64,000 nt of DNA from an uncultured Planctomycetia bacterium (GTDB taxonomy: Bacteria; Omnitrophota; Gorgyraeia; 2-02-FULL-51-18), in the NCBI GenBank assembly GCA_964642015.1, contig CAZXLF010000002.1, forward strand, positions 2,717 through 66,716, written 5' to 3'. Numbering within the stretch: position 1 is the stretch's first letter; every line of letters begins with the position of its first letter. The position numbers and the translations under genes were made by a program. The notes under the pieces were generated by a model that saw only the letters and a list, made by a program, of their open reading frames with translations, was not told the DNA's origin and searched no databases. Of this stretch, positions 1 to 9,485 are shown in pieces.

Positions 1-895
1 TTGATCGGTTTCTTTGTCCCCTGTCCAAAAGCGCAATAGCTCTATAAAGAGACGGAGGATAGAATTGATTTAGACGGGAAACGGCCCCGATACCTTCTAT
101 CTTAGGGCAAAAAGGTTCAGAAGACAAAAGCTTCGCACCTTTTTTTAAAAGCCGGTCATCTGAATTGGCGACTAATGTCATCGAACTCAGTTGATGCTTC
201 CACTTTTTGAAGAAGCGTACGCGGTTTTTTAAAAGATAATCTGCGTCCCCAAAACGATATAAATGATGATGAACGACCCGTATCCTACCATTATAAATAA
301 TTTGGTATCCTGCAAGCCTGGCTCGGACACAATAGTCAATGTCCTCATACTGACATGGAAAATATCTTTCATCGAAAGGACCGATTTTTTTTATTGCGTC
401 GCGGCGCATCAGCCAGCATGGTCCTGGTAGCGCATCACACTCGCGAATATAATCTCTTTGCCCTTGATCCCTTTCATATTTACCGACCATACCGAACGGC
501 TCAAATTTAAACTCAGCTGAGAATATGAGGCCATTGGGCCAGACGACTTTGCCGCCTACAATACCTATCTGAGGGTTCAGTTGCGCGCACTGAAGCAACT
601 TTTCAAGCCATTGGGGTGTTACTTCAATATCATCGTCTAATAAAGCGACCCAGGGGTTTCTACCGGCAAACAGCGCTTTATTCGCTGCTCCTGAAAAACC
701 CAGATTTTTGGGAAGCAGCAGTAAGGAGTCTATGGAATTTCGTTGTTTACGCAGAGATTCGCGTGTGCCATCCGTGCTATGGTTATCGATGATCGTTAAC
801 GTGTAAGGAACTGATCGGGTGTGTTCACGGATAGATCTTAAGCATCGTAAGATCTTTGCACGCGCATTATAGGTGACTATGATAATGTCAACCAT
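1..895 (-). CDS. Glycosyltransferase family 2, 3' end runs off the window; paralogue of 3226..4320
   Basis: ATG at 895 on the minus strand. The first ~180 codons are identical to 3226..4320 (IIIVTYN, LLDDD, ALPGPCWL); the sequence then diverges but stays homologous (FPCQYEDIDYCVRARLAGY). Absent from the ORF track because no stop lies inside the window. Confidence 0.85.
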   Translation of the reverse strand, partial: MVDIIIVTYNARAKILRCLRSIREHTRSVPYTLTIIDNHSTDGTRESLRKQRNSIDSLLLLPKNLGFSGAANKALFAGRNPWVALLDDDIEVTPQWLEKLLQCAQLNPQIGIVGGKVVWPNGLIFSAEFKFEPFGMVGKYERDQGQRDYIRECDALPGPCWLMRRDAIKKIGPFDERYFPCQYEDIDYCVRARLAGYQIIYNGRIRVVHHHLYRFGDADYLLKNRVRFFKKWKHQLSSMTLVANSDDRLLKKGAKLLSSEPFCPKIEGIGAVSRLNQFYPPSLYRAIALLDRGQRNRS

Positions 896-1004
896 CCATT
901 CAACCTTATCTTATTCTTATTTTGTGAATCTTTGGTATACTGACGAATAGACGCTCAAAGAATATCATTTTCAGAGTAAATAGTACACTGGGACTATGGA
1001 AGAA
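356..1004. repeat. ~650 bp direct repeat, copy 1 (copy 2 at 3781..4429)
   Basis: Identical by eye from tggaaaatatctttcatcg to ctatggaagaa, offset 3425 bp. Confidence 0.9.
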
Positions 1005-1302
1005 TAAAAATGAGAGCGGCTGCAGAAGTGTGCGTTGTTTTGTGCCGATCTATGGGCGCAGTAGGCATTATGGTATACGTTATTTTAACGTCAATTCTTA
1101 TTTAACATCTTTTTTAATCAACCCACTTTTTATCCTTTATTTGGCCATTTTGAATAAATTCAATTCGATGCATCAGGATGGAAGACAGGTTCTATTTTTT
1201 TAGACAACGATCGGATTGATGAATTACCGGATCAAATCGGATCGGCATAGAGAACAACTAGCGTTGGGCATACGGAGAAACGGGTATTCAGACGTTCCAT
1301 GA

Positions 1303-2469
1303 TCAGCAAAAAATCGTTCTTAAAGCATGGACAGCTTTTTCGTTATTCCTTTTAGCATATTCATATGCTTGAAGAGATAGTTGTTTGGCAAGATCGTGGT
1401 CATCTAAAACATCCAATACTTTATTTGCGAAGTCTCTGGGCGATCTGGAAATAAGAAAAGCCTTGGCTGCTCCGTTTTCCATACCCCTCGCTCCTATTGG
1501 CGTCGTAACGAGAGGTTTAGAATGACTTAGAGCCGTCAGATTTTTCGTACTTGACCCAGTCGCAAAAACCTCCGCATTGATCACGACATCCGAGTTGCCA
1601 TAAATTTTTTCAAGATTTTTCAAAGGACCTATCTTGAAGCAAGGACTTTTCACTTTGCTGATGAGGGGGCACACTTTTCCGGCAATAATAAATTGGGCTT
1701 TTGGATTTTTAACCCTGATCAATGGAAATATATCGTGCATAAAAAATTCCACGCTCTTTCTACTGCTTTGCGTATCGCCTCCGATAAAAAGAATATTGTG
1801 ACGGGAAGTTCTTTTTATGACAGGAGCGTATAACGGGAGCCAATGTCTCACTGTGACTACTCGTTTGGCGGTCAGTTTTGAAAAATAAGCTTTATCATCA
1901 TCCTGAATGGCCATAACGATATCCGCTCTGTCGAGCGCTTTCTTTTCTTGGCTTGTTTTCAGAGAAGCAGTGTTCAGTGGAAAAATACCATGAGCTAAGA
2001 GTTTTTTATTTCTATCGGCAAACACATCGATGGTATCTAGCAGTTTGAGGATATTGGGTCCAAAACATTCCAAAGATCGTGAAGTGACGGCGTATTCCGC
2101 TATTACGGCATCGGGCCTTATAGATTTAGAAAACGAATGGAGAAATCTATCCAGACGGGTATCATACCAGTCATCCAGATGCTTTAATTCGCCGCTGATC
2201 GTTTTAGAGAGCCTGTCCGGATGCTTGATATTATAAAACTCTTCAAAATCAGGCATATAAAATCCACTTTTCCAGCATCGCTTCATTTCAGAAATATCAT
2301 CATCTTTTCTTTGGTTTTTGGCTCTCAAGTAAACAAAATGGACCTGATGTCTCAATCTTTGCAACGTTTTAAGCAAATAATAGATTCGTATTCGATTGCC
2401 AGCGTTTTGCGGATGCGTGGCGATCGGAGAAATCACCAGTATTTTTTTTGTTTTGCTGTTAGAACGCAT
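1303..2469 (-). CDS. Glycosyltransferase family 4 (GT-B fold)
   Basis: KILVISP..P...GNRIR N-terminus; C-terminal ILFIGG, TGSSTKNLTALSHSKPLVTTPIGARG motif. ATG at 2469 preferred over the upstream GTG at 2526. Confidence 0.85.
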   Translation of the reverse strand: MRSNSKTKKILVISPIATHPQNAGNRIRIYYLLKTLQRLRHQVHFVYLRAKNQRKDDDISEMKRCWKSGFYMPDFEEFYNIKHPDRLSKTISGELKHLDDWYDTRLDRFLHSFSKSIRPDAVIAEYAVTSRSLECFGPNILKLLDTIDVFADRNKKLLAHGIFPLNTASLKTSQEKKALDRADIVMAIQDDDKAYFSKLTAKRVVTVRHWLPLYAPVIKRTSRHNILFIGGDTQSSRKSVEFFMHDIFPLIRVKNPKAQFIIAGKVCPLISKVKSPCFKIGPLKNLEKIYGNSDVVINAEVFATGSSTKNLTALSHSKPLVTTPIGARGMENGAAKAFLISRSPRDFANKVLDVLDDHDLAKQLSLQAYEYAKRNNEKAVHALRTIFC

Positions 2470-2598
2470 AGCGGCAGATCGATGAACTAGCCTGGTGTAA
2501 TGGTAAAATTTTGTAGAAGATGTCACTCAAAGGCGGAAAGGATTCAAGCAAGTAAAAATCGCAATAACAGGGAAGAAGGCGCGGGTGAAAAAAGCGGA

Positions 2599-2994
2599 TT
2601 AACTACCGACCCCGATCTCGTGAAGCTGCTCGTATCTTTTCATGGTCGGTTTTTTATATAAAGCTTTGCCTTTTTTCATGGGCTCTTTGTTGTTATGCTG
2701 AGGTTTCGACTCGGCCATATCTTGGCTTTTTTCGATCAAACTTTGGCTTTCCATTTCCTTCAATAAATTTCTAACGTCCTTTTGACAGGTAGAAAAGTCT
2801 ACATTGTATTCTTCTATGATTTTCGATATTATTTGATCGAATCCTTTTTGATCGACAATCATTTTCCATATGTATCCGCTGATCTTATCGAATACAAAGT
2901 AGAAACCTCTCTCCATATTTAGTACGACCGTTTGGTCTTCAACCTTCTTCCAGGAAATCTTGTCTTTATCTACGAAATATTTTGTATGAGCCAT
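2599..2994 (-). CDS. PqqD/RRE-domain protein with C-terminal leader-peptide-like tail
   Basis: N-terminal ~90 aa has the PqqD pattern (VVLN...YFVFD..SGYIW...I..I.EEYNVD....KDV..LL.EM...LI); tail is LYKKPTMKRYEQLHEIGVGS. Confidence 0.8.
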   Translation of the reverse strand: MAHTKYFVDKDKISWKKVEDQTVVLNMERGFYFVFDKISGYIWKMIVDQKGFDQIISKIIEEYNVDFSTCQKDVRNLLKEMESQSLIEKSQDMAESKPQHNNKEPMKKGKALYKKPTMKRYEQLHEIGVGS

Positions 2995-3225
2995 ATCTTT
3001 GCCCTCGTTTTTGTATAGATGATGTTGACCCGTAAATCACCATATTTCAAAGTATAATAGTTTTTATAGAAACTTACAAGCCTAGCTTAGGGTCACCCTG
3101 CTGTCAGTCTCTGTAAAAAATAAGCTTCAGTTTCTCAGAATGTTCTCGTCAGGAATATGGCGTATATTGCTATAAGGCTCAAAACTATAAAAGAGGACAT
3201 CTTTTGAAGGGATAAATCCTGGAAT

Positions 3226-4320
3226 TTACGCTCGGTCAGCGATTTTTTTCATAATCGTTTTTGGAGTTAAGTATTTTAGAAAATTCCGAGCCTCATGCTG
3301 GGCACTCCTCAGCATCCCAGCTCTGCGGAAATAAATGCATAGAAGGTGGTTGATGTTGGCACGTTCTCCTTTCGTGATACCTGTGTTTTTTTTGAGCCAA
3401 CGCGAAGTGTGTGTTAATTCTGTTATTGCTTGTCTTTTTTGTCCCGCATGAAGATGCACGATGGCGCGGTACAGCGATAACGGGTAGTATTCGCTTAATC
3501 GCGAAACACCGGCGACGCCGGGCGTGCGAGGACAGAAGGGCTCTGTCGAAAGAAGCTTGGCGCCTTTTTTTAAAATGCGGTCATCCGGACGTGTGATCAA
3601 CGTCATTGGGCCCAGCAGGCGTTCCCATTTTCTGAAAAAAAACTCGGCGTTTTTTATCAGATCGCGGTTTTTGCCAAAACGATAAAGATGATGATGGATA
3701 ATTTGAACTCGACCGTTATAATAGATCTTATAGCCTGCCCGACGCACTCGAATACAATAATCAATGTCCTCATATTGGTTTGGAAAATATCTTTCATCGA
3801 AAGGACCGATTTTTTTTATTGCGTCGCGGCGCATCAGCCAGCATGGTCCTGGTAGCGCATCACACTCGCGAATATAATCTCTTTGCCCTTGATCCCTTTC
3901 ATATTTACCGACCATACCGAACGGCTCAAATTTAAACTCAGCTGAGAATATGAGGCCATTGGGCCAGACGACTTTGCCGCCTACAATACCTATCTGAGGG
4001 TTCAGTTGCGCGCACTGAAGCAACTTTTCAAGCCATTGGGGTGTTACTTCAATATCATCGTCTAATAAAGCGACCCAGGGGTTTCTACCGGCAAACAGCG
4101 CTTTATTCGCTGCTCCTGAAAAACCCAGATTTTTGGGAAGCAGCAGTAAGGAGTCTATGGAATTTCGTTGTTTACGCAGAGATTCGCGTGTGCCATCCGT
4201 GCTATGGTTATCGATGATCGTTAACGTGTAAGGAACTGATCGGGTGTGTTCACGGATAGATCTTAAGCATCGTAAGATCTTTGCACGCGCATTATAGGTG
4301 ACTATGATAATGTCAACCAT
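3226..4320 (-). CDS. Glycosyltransferase family 2
   Basis: IIIVTYN, IIDNHSTDGT, NLGFSGAAN, LLDDD, FDERYF..YEDIDYC motifs. Confidence 0.9.
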   Translation of the reverse strand: MVDIIIVTYNARAKILRCLRSIREHTRSVPYTLTIIDNHSTDGTRESLRKQRNSIDSLLLLPKNLGFSGAANKALFAGRNPWVALLDDDIEVTPQWLEKLLQCAQLNPQIGIVGGKVVWPNGLIFSAEFKFEPFGMVGKYERDQGQRDYIRECDALPGPCWLMRRDAIKKIGPFDERYFPNQYEDIDYCIRVRRAGYKIYYNGRVQIIHHHLYRFGKNRDLIKNAEFFFRKWERLLGPMTLITRPDDRILKKGAKLLSTEPFCPRTPGVAGVSRLSEYYPLSLYRAIVHLHAGQKRQAITELTHTSRWLKKNTGITKGERANINHLLCIYFRRAGMLRSAQHEARNFLKYLTPKTIMKKIADRA

Positions 4321-4429
4321 CCATTCAACCTTATCTTATTCTTATTTTGTGAATCTTTGGTATACTGACGAATAGACGCTCAAAGAATATCATTTTCAGA
4401 GTAAATAGTACACTGGGACTATGGAAGAA
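3781..4429. repeat. ~650 bp direct repeat, copy 2 (copy 1 at 356..1004)
   Basis: Covers the 5' half of the GT2 gene, the divergent intergenic region and the first 3 codons of the nucleotidyltransferase. Confidence 0.9.
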
Positions 4430-5572
4430 CATAGAAAAGAAAAGCTTTTTCTGTTGAATTGCCTGTTGGAGTTAGCGCAGCCGGATCGTTTCGATACCCA
4501 GTCTTCCGCAGATCTTGATTGGGACTGGATCTTCCATTTTGCTTTTTATAATCGTGTGCTGGGTTTTGTCGGTTCTGTGCTCGAGAAAAAAAAGATCTTG
4601 GAAACATTAGGCAAAGAAGGGCGCTATAAGATCTTTTTCGCGATTCAAAGCGATTTACGGAATAATGAGATCAGACGCTCCGAATTCATTGAGCTAAGTT
4701 CGATGCTAAATGTTCATTCGATTTCCGTGATTCCATTGAAAGGCATCGCACTGTCCTACCTGGTTTACGACAAACTTCCTTGCAGACAGATGGTGGATCT
4801 GGACATTTTAGTGCAAAAGGAAGACGTTGAGCGTGTGCTGAAGATATTGGTCGAAAATGAGTTTGATCCGAACAAAGGGCGCACAAGGAACCGTTGGCAT
4901 GATGAAATGAATAAAGATCGAGTTATCTCTCATGCATTGGCATTGCAGGCGAATAGCTTGGGACGATTTGCGATGAGTAACGGAAGATATCAAGTAGACG
5001 TTCATTATGATCCTATTTATGCCAAGGTGAAAATGGATTTAGAACGTGTTTGGAAGCGGTCAACGGCGTATCCATCGATCTCTCCTAACGTACGCATGCT
5101 TGACCCTGTGGATCAATTTTTTCATGTACTTATTCATACCGCTCATTCTCCGTCGATCCGGGGGCTTTTAGACTTGCTCATGATGATGTCAAAATACAGA
5201 CTGGATCCGTCCCAGATAGCGGCGGATAAGGATGCCTCCAATATTCATTGGAAAAAATCGGAAAACCTTTTAAGATCCGTGTTGCAATTGCTCGATGTAG
5301 CAGATGCAGATCATCTTCCAGACCATCTCCTAAATAATTTGGACATCTTTTTTGAGATGACCCAAACAAATGATATGAGCTCAACTCCTGATCTCGGACG
5401 GTTGCGCCGGATCAGGTCGGTTAAGGATTTTTTTCTTTATTTTCTTGGTTACATTGTTCCGAACCCTTATTTTTATAATCGACGCAAAGGGCGCTGGGCG
5501 ATGTACAAGCAGCATTGGAAATCTTTGTATTTCAGGTTTTGCGCGCTTTTTCTAAAAAAAGCCAAGAAATAA
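4421..5572 (+). CDS. Nucleotidyltransferase family protein (NTP_transf_5-like)
   Basis: IPLKGIAL....Y.....RQMVDLDILV motif, VDVH, H...H and later LLDL helix typical of this family. Confidence 0.85.
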   Translation: MEEHRKEKLFLLNCLLELAQPDRFDTQSSADLDWDWIFHFAFYNRVLGFVGSVLEKKKILETLGKEGRYKIFFAIQSDLRNNEIRRSEFIELSSMLNVHSISVIPLKGIALSYLVYDKLPCRQMVDLDILVQKEDVERVLKILVENEFDPNKGRTRNRWHDEMNKDRVISHALALQANSLGRFAMSNGRYQVDVHYDPIYAKVKMDLERVWKRSTAYPSISPNVRMLDPVDQFFHVLIHTAHSPSIRGLLDLLMMMSKYRLDPSQIAADKDASNIHWKKSENLLRSVLQLLDVADADHLPDHLLNNLDIFFEMTQTNDMSSTPDLGRLRRIRSVKDFFLYFLGYIVPNPYFYNRRKGRWAMYKQHWKSLYFRFCALFLKKAKK

Positions 5573-5676
5573 AACTTACGGATTGAGCGAGAGCCGTTAT
5601 TCAGTACGTAAAAAATTGTGGCGGGTCAAAGTTCTTTGCTTTTTTACGATCAATGGACGCTTTGACGATCTTGAGA
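5517..5676. repeat. ~160 bp near-identical direct repeat, copy 1 (copy 2 at 7126..7286)
   Basis: ggaaatctttgtatttcagg...tttgacgatcttgaga at both sites, with a few substitutions and a 1-nt indel. Confidence 0.9.
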
Positions 5677-5938
5677 GCGTGCGGCTTTAATTTTTCGCTC
5701 ACATTTTCCCAATTTTTTTCATTCAATTTTTTTCCAGATTTCTGACAAACAAGGGAAGAAGAACATAAGAGTTTTGTTCAAATTTATTTTCCATTTCCAA
5801 TGAAGATGATGGGCGGGAATAGAGTTCCCAGTCTCTGAATGCGTTTTCGCCCGTCAAAAGCGACGCCCGGAAAAGATATTTTTGCTTTGCAGTAAAGCGT
5901 TGGTTTAAAGGAAAGATTGCTGTTTTGCATAAATCCAA
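5626..5938 (-). pseudogene. Chimeric remnant: N-terminus of a nucleotidyltransferase paralogue, an internal fragment, and the 3' end of a GT2 paralogue
   Basis: 5723..5938 translation aligns with the N-terminus of 10261..11358 (RASLL.G..A...WE..SRP.S..E.E..FEQ..Y.LLPLF.RNLEK); 5702..5723 is identical to 10785..10806; 5626..5676 matches the end of 7235..7954. Confidence 0.75.
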
Positions 5939-6024
5939 TAATATTTATACTAACAAGCAAAGCATATATCAGATACTGTTTTATTTTGAATAGGATGATA
6001 TCATGTTGCCAAAGGGCTTATCTT

Positions 6025-7017
6025 ATGTCGGAAGTTGATGAGAGCGTTATCGCGGGCAAGGACAGGCTGCAGCTTAATTTTCTTTATCTGACCGAGCTCT
6101 TAGCAAATCATTTGAAGATCGGACGCAGGTATCATGATGGCATCCGGAAGAAATTTGAAGCGGCATTTTACGAGCGTTTATTGTCGGCCGGTACAACCGT
6201 GAATCCCCCCGCTCTTCCCGTAGACCGTGTTCGGAAAATATCAGCTGTTGATTTCGCGAATAGCTACCTAAAAAAATACAAACCTGTGGTACTGGAGGGT
6301 TTTTGTGGCTCCTGGCCGGCGTCGAAGAAGTGGAATTTTGACTATTTACTGAATAACTATGGAAATATCCGCATACAGGTCCCTAATAGCTCTGAGAGCG
6401 TAACATTAAGTTCGATCTTGGAATCGATCTTGAATGGATCGGAGCCGCGTTATGTTAATTTTTTACCGCTACTTTTTGCGGCGTCCGACATGAAATCCTC
6501 GGTCGATTATAATGAATTTAAAAGGATCGCAGGACTGCCTGACAAAACCATATTTGTTTCAAAACCCTATATCGGTCAAAAGACATATAAATGCAGCGTT
6601 CACAATGATATTAGCCACAATTTTTTGACGCAATTTCAAGGAGAGAAGACCGTGACACTTTTTCCGCTTTCGCAGACCCCTTTTCTTTATTCCAAGGCGG
6701 AGTGTCCGGCGCCCAGCACTTTTTCCATCCGGACGAGATTTGATAAAGGCACATTACTGGATTCGGAGTTCGAAGCGTTTCCGCTGGCGCGTTTTGCTCA
6801 GCCATTTCAAACCAAACTTTTCCCGGGCGATATCCTTTTTATACCCGCTTTTACTTGGCATCAAGTCTATTACGATACACCGACGATTGGTCTGGGGAAT
6901 TGGTGGGTGGATTTTAAAGATAATTTCCGGATCAGTCCGCTTTTTACTTTGATGAGCCTGCCCCGCTACATTGAGGGCTACCGAATGTATCGCCGTGATT
7001 CTTTTAATACAAAGTGA
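6025..7017 (+). CDS. JmjC/cupin-like Fe(II)/2OG-dependent oxygenase (Cupin_8-like)
   Basis: KPVVLEG....WPA.KKW..DYL; HxD motif (VHND..HNF..QFQGEK..LF); PGDILFIPAF.WHQV distal His. ATG at 6025 preferred. Confidence 0.85.
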   Translation: MSEVDESVIAGKDRLQLNFLYLTELLANHLKIGRRYHDGIRKKFEAAFYERLLSAGTTVNPPALPVDRVRKISAVDFANSYLKKYKPVVLEGFCGSWPASKKWNFDYLLNNYGNIRIQVPNSSESVTLSSILESILNGSEPRYVNFLPLLFAASDMKSSVDYNEFKRIAGLPDKTIFVSKPYIGQKTYKCSVHNDISHNFLTQFQGEKTVTLFPLSQTPFLYSKAECPAPSTFSIRTRFDKGTLLDSEFEAFPLARFAQPFQTKLFPGDILFIPAFTWHQVYYDTPTIGLGNWWVDFKDNFRISPLFTLMSLPRYIEGYRMYRRDSFNTK

Positions 7018-7125
7018 TTTGATATATCTTTTGAATTATTTTCAGATCCGTATTTTTATCTTTTGATCAAACGTAAAGAGATATTTTTATATTAGGCTTG
7101 AGTTTTTGTTTAATTGACGCTCTTG

Positions 7126-7286
7126 GGAAATCTTTGTATTTCAGGTTTTGCGCGCTTTTTCTAAAAAAAGCCAAGAAATAAAACTTACGGATTGAGCGAG
7201 AGCTGTTATTCAGTACGTAAAAAATTGTGGCGGGTCAAAGTTCTTTGCTTTTTTTGCGGTCAATTGACGCTTTGACGATCTTGAGA
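7126..7286. repeat. ~160 bp direct repeat, copy 2; abuts a 29 bp copy (7098..7126) of the tRNA-His promoter region at 15227..15255
   Basis: Direct sequence comparison. Confidence 0.85.
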
Positions 7287-7954
7287 ACATTTTGTACCGT
7301 CCAGCGCGAATCATTCATTAAATGAGACAGGTTGGAATCATGGATGCGGCGAAGCGTAAGCTTATCGGGAAGAATAGCCATTGGAACGGAAGCTTCCCTC
7401 GCGCGTAAGAACCAATCAGTGTCATCTCCCATTTTAAAAGAAATATTGAAATCGCCTATTTTTTCAAATACCGACCTTCGAGACATCAGTGCACTCGGTA
7501 TGAACGACGCGGCATTGATGTCAGCCATATTTCTTTTAGTTTTTTCATCGAGCCATGATGGGATATCGGAGCCCGTTTCGATAAAATTCTTGATATGGCA
7601 TAGCACAAGTCCTTTATCGGGATTTGCCAAAAGATAATTGACCTGAAGGCGCGTTTTTTGGGGAAGCCACATATCATCCGAATCCAGGAACGAAATAAAT
7701 TCTCCCTTAGATTCCCGAAGCCCTAAATTGCGTGCTTGTGCCGGACCGATCCCTTGATGAGCCTGATAAAAATACCTGACTTTTTTGAAAGAACGGACGA
7801 CCTCGGCTGTTCGATCCGTTGAGCCGTCGTCAACAACGATAACTTCTAACGCTTCATAATCCTGTTTAAACACGCTTTTAAGAGCATCTTGAATGAATTT
7901 TTCGCGATTGTGGACAGGAATGATAACGCTTACTAGCGGTTGGCCGTTGTTCAT
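7235..7954 (-). CDS. Glycosyltransferase family 2
   Basis: PLVSVIIPVHN, VVDDGSTD, ARNLGL, FLDSDD, DTDWFLR, RRIHDSN. Confidence 0.9.
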   Translation of the reverse strand: MNNGQPLVSVIIPVHNREKFIQDALKSVFKQDYEALEVIVVDDGSTDRTAEVVRSFKKVRYFYQAHQGIGPAQARNLGLRESKGEFISFLDSDDMWLPQKTRLQVNYLLANPDKGLVLCHIKNFIETGSDIPSWLDEKTKRNMADINAASFIPSALMSRRSVFEKIGDFNISFKMGDDTDWFLRAREASVPMAILPDKLTLRRIHDSNLSHLMNDSRWTVQNVLKIVKASIDRKKSKEL

Positions 7955-7960
7955 TTGTGC

Positions 7961-9028
7961 CTACAGTCTGCCTAGCAGTTTCTCAATGCTATTTGGTATT
8001 TCGGTTAAAAGTTTGCCTGTATTCAGGCGGTAACAAGGCAATGACTTGATGATCTTTTTCAAACGCTCGAATTCAGTGGCACCCGAGTCGGGCAGTTGAA
8101 GCAAAGTGTTCGGGGCGACGGCCGAAATCGCTGAGATCGGCGAGATCTCTTCAACTGTTGTGTTTTCATTTTGCGTGTAGTGAGCGATCGTCACGGCTTT
8201 TAACGGAAACCGGTCGATCATTTTATTTTTGAAATGTTGATGCAGAAAGAATAATGATTTTTCGTCTTCCTGCCATTTCGGATCTGTAACAGCCGATATT
8301 CCGATATCAGGAAATTTATGTACGAATTGTTTGAGGAGTTTGGCGGAACTGTAAAGCGGAGAGGCGAAAGGAATATCGTTGTTGAAATAAACGTCAACAA
8401 AATCATCGGCCATCAAACTGAGCGCCGATGAGAGACAGGAAAGGGCTGTGGTTGATTTGCCCGAGCCTGATTTTCCTGCTATCAAGATGCCTCCTGACCG
8501 GTTGCCCACGGCAGCTGCGTGGACTATTTGATGCCCTTTGCTTCTAAGCCACCAGTGAAAAACTGTTTTTAAAGGAGAAGCGATCTCATACAGAGGGATT
8601 GCATTTGGATCTTTTATAAATACAAAAGCTGTTTTTTCGCGGGAATCGACAAAATAAAAATAGTTGGAGCTGCGCAGTCCGATCAGATCTTTACCTTTAA
8701 GGTAGGCGTCGTTCTCCGATATGGACTCCGGCGGTTCGATTTCGGTCGACCCGTCCCATAGATGGAACGTGAATTCGGCCCTGTCAAAAGGTTTGACTTC
8801 GGCGTGCGCGAGCGCAGCCGAAAAAAACGATTTTAAATTTGGACCTGCCGATCTAAAGATCAAATTCTGTCCGGCTATCGTGTAGTAGTATCGCTGTGCG
8901 CCCGATCTTTCAACTGCTTTCTCGAATTGCCGGCGGAAAACTTCCGTCAAAGAATTACTTGGGATTTTGATCGTGTCCAAGATCGGGATTTGGTTTGCGG
9001 TTAGGCCAGCCTTTATCGTCCACATCAT
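7961..9028 (-). CDS. HprK-related (lasso-cluster-type) kinase; true start probably ~50 bp further in
   Basis: VHAAAV....GILIAGKSGSGKSTTAL (His plus Walker A) followed by ADDFV. Confidence 0.8.
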   Translation of the reverse strand: MMWTIKAGLTANQIPILDTIKIPSNSLTEVFRRQFEKAVERSGAQRYYYTIAGQNLIFRSAGPNLKSFFSAALAHAEVKPFDRAEFTFHLWDGSTEIEPPESISENDAYLKGKDLIGLRSSNYFYFVDSREKTAFVFIKDPNAIPLYEIASPLKTVFHWWLRSKGHQIVHAAAVGNRSGGILIAGKSGSGKSTTALSCLSSALSLMADDFVDVYFNNDIPFASPLYSSAKLLKQFVHKFPDIGISAVTDPKWQEDEKSLFFLHQHFKNKMIDRFPLKAVTIAHYTQNENTTVEEISPISAISAVAPNTLLQLPDSGATEFERLKKIIKSLPCYRLNTGKLLTEIPNSIEKLLGRL

Positions 9029-9410
9029 GAATGGGGTCGGCTTGGAAGAAGTCTTGCATGTCCGTGTATTTGTGCATCACGGGCGTTTGGAATTTCGCGT
9101 TACGAAGCTCAGCGGGAATATTTTTTTTGGAGGACTCCGTGGAAGGAGAGGGGTCGGCCGTGATCAGCTCTTCTTTTTTAAGCTCATCAAGGAATTTGTT
9201 TACCGCGCCGCTGATTTGGCTCGATTCCGAATGGGTTTCTTTGGAAATGATCTCAATGATTTCATTTTCGGAACTGCCTTGGGAGATGAGATGCCATATC
9301 GCAGCGCCTGTTTTTTCGAGATTATAATAAAATCCGGCTCCCAAATGAATGATTACAGCCTCGCCGTCGATAAGTTCATGAACTACCATGGGTTGAATTT
9401 TAAAATGCAT
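8955..9410 (-). CDS. PqqD/RRE-domain protein with C-terminal leader-like extension
   Basis: VVHELIDGEAVIIHL..GFYYNL..TGAAIW...V.KFLDELKKEELI is an RRE pattern; tail is FQTPVMHKYTDMQDFFQADPIHDVDDKGWP. Confidence 0.85.
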   Translation of the reverse strand: MHFKIQPMVVHELIDGEAVIIHLGAGFYYNLEKTGAAIWHLISQGSSENEIIEIISKETHSESSQISGAVNKFLDELKKEELITADPSPSTESSKKNIPAELRNAKFQTPVMHKYTDMQDFFQADPIHDVDDKGWPNRKPNPDLGHDQNPK

Positions 9411-9485
9411 ATTTTAATTTTTTATATTTTTCCGAGTCTCTCTGAATGGTGACTCTAACAAATTTCATATGCTGTGTCAACGCTT

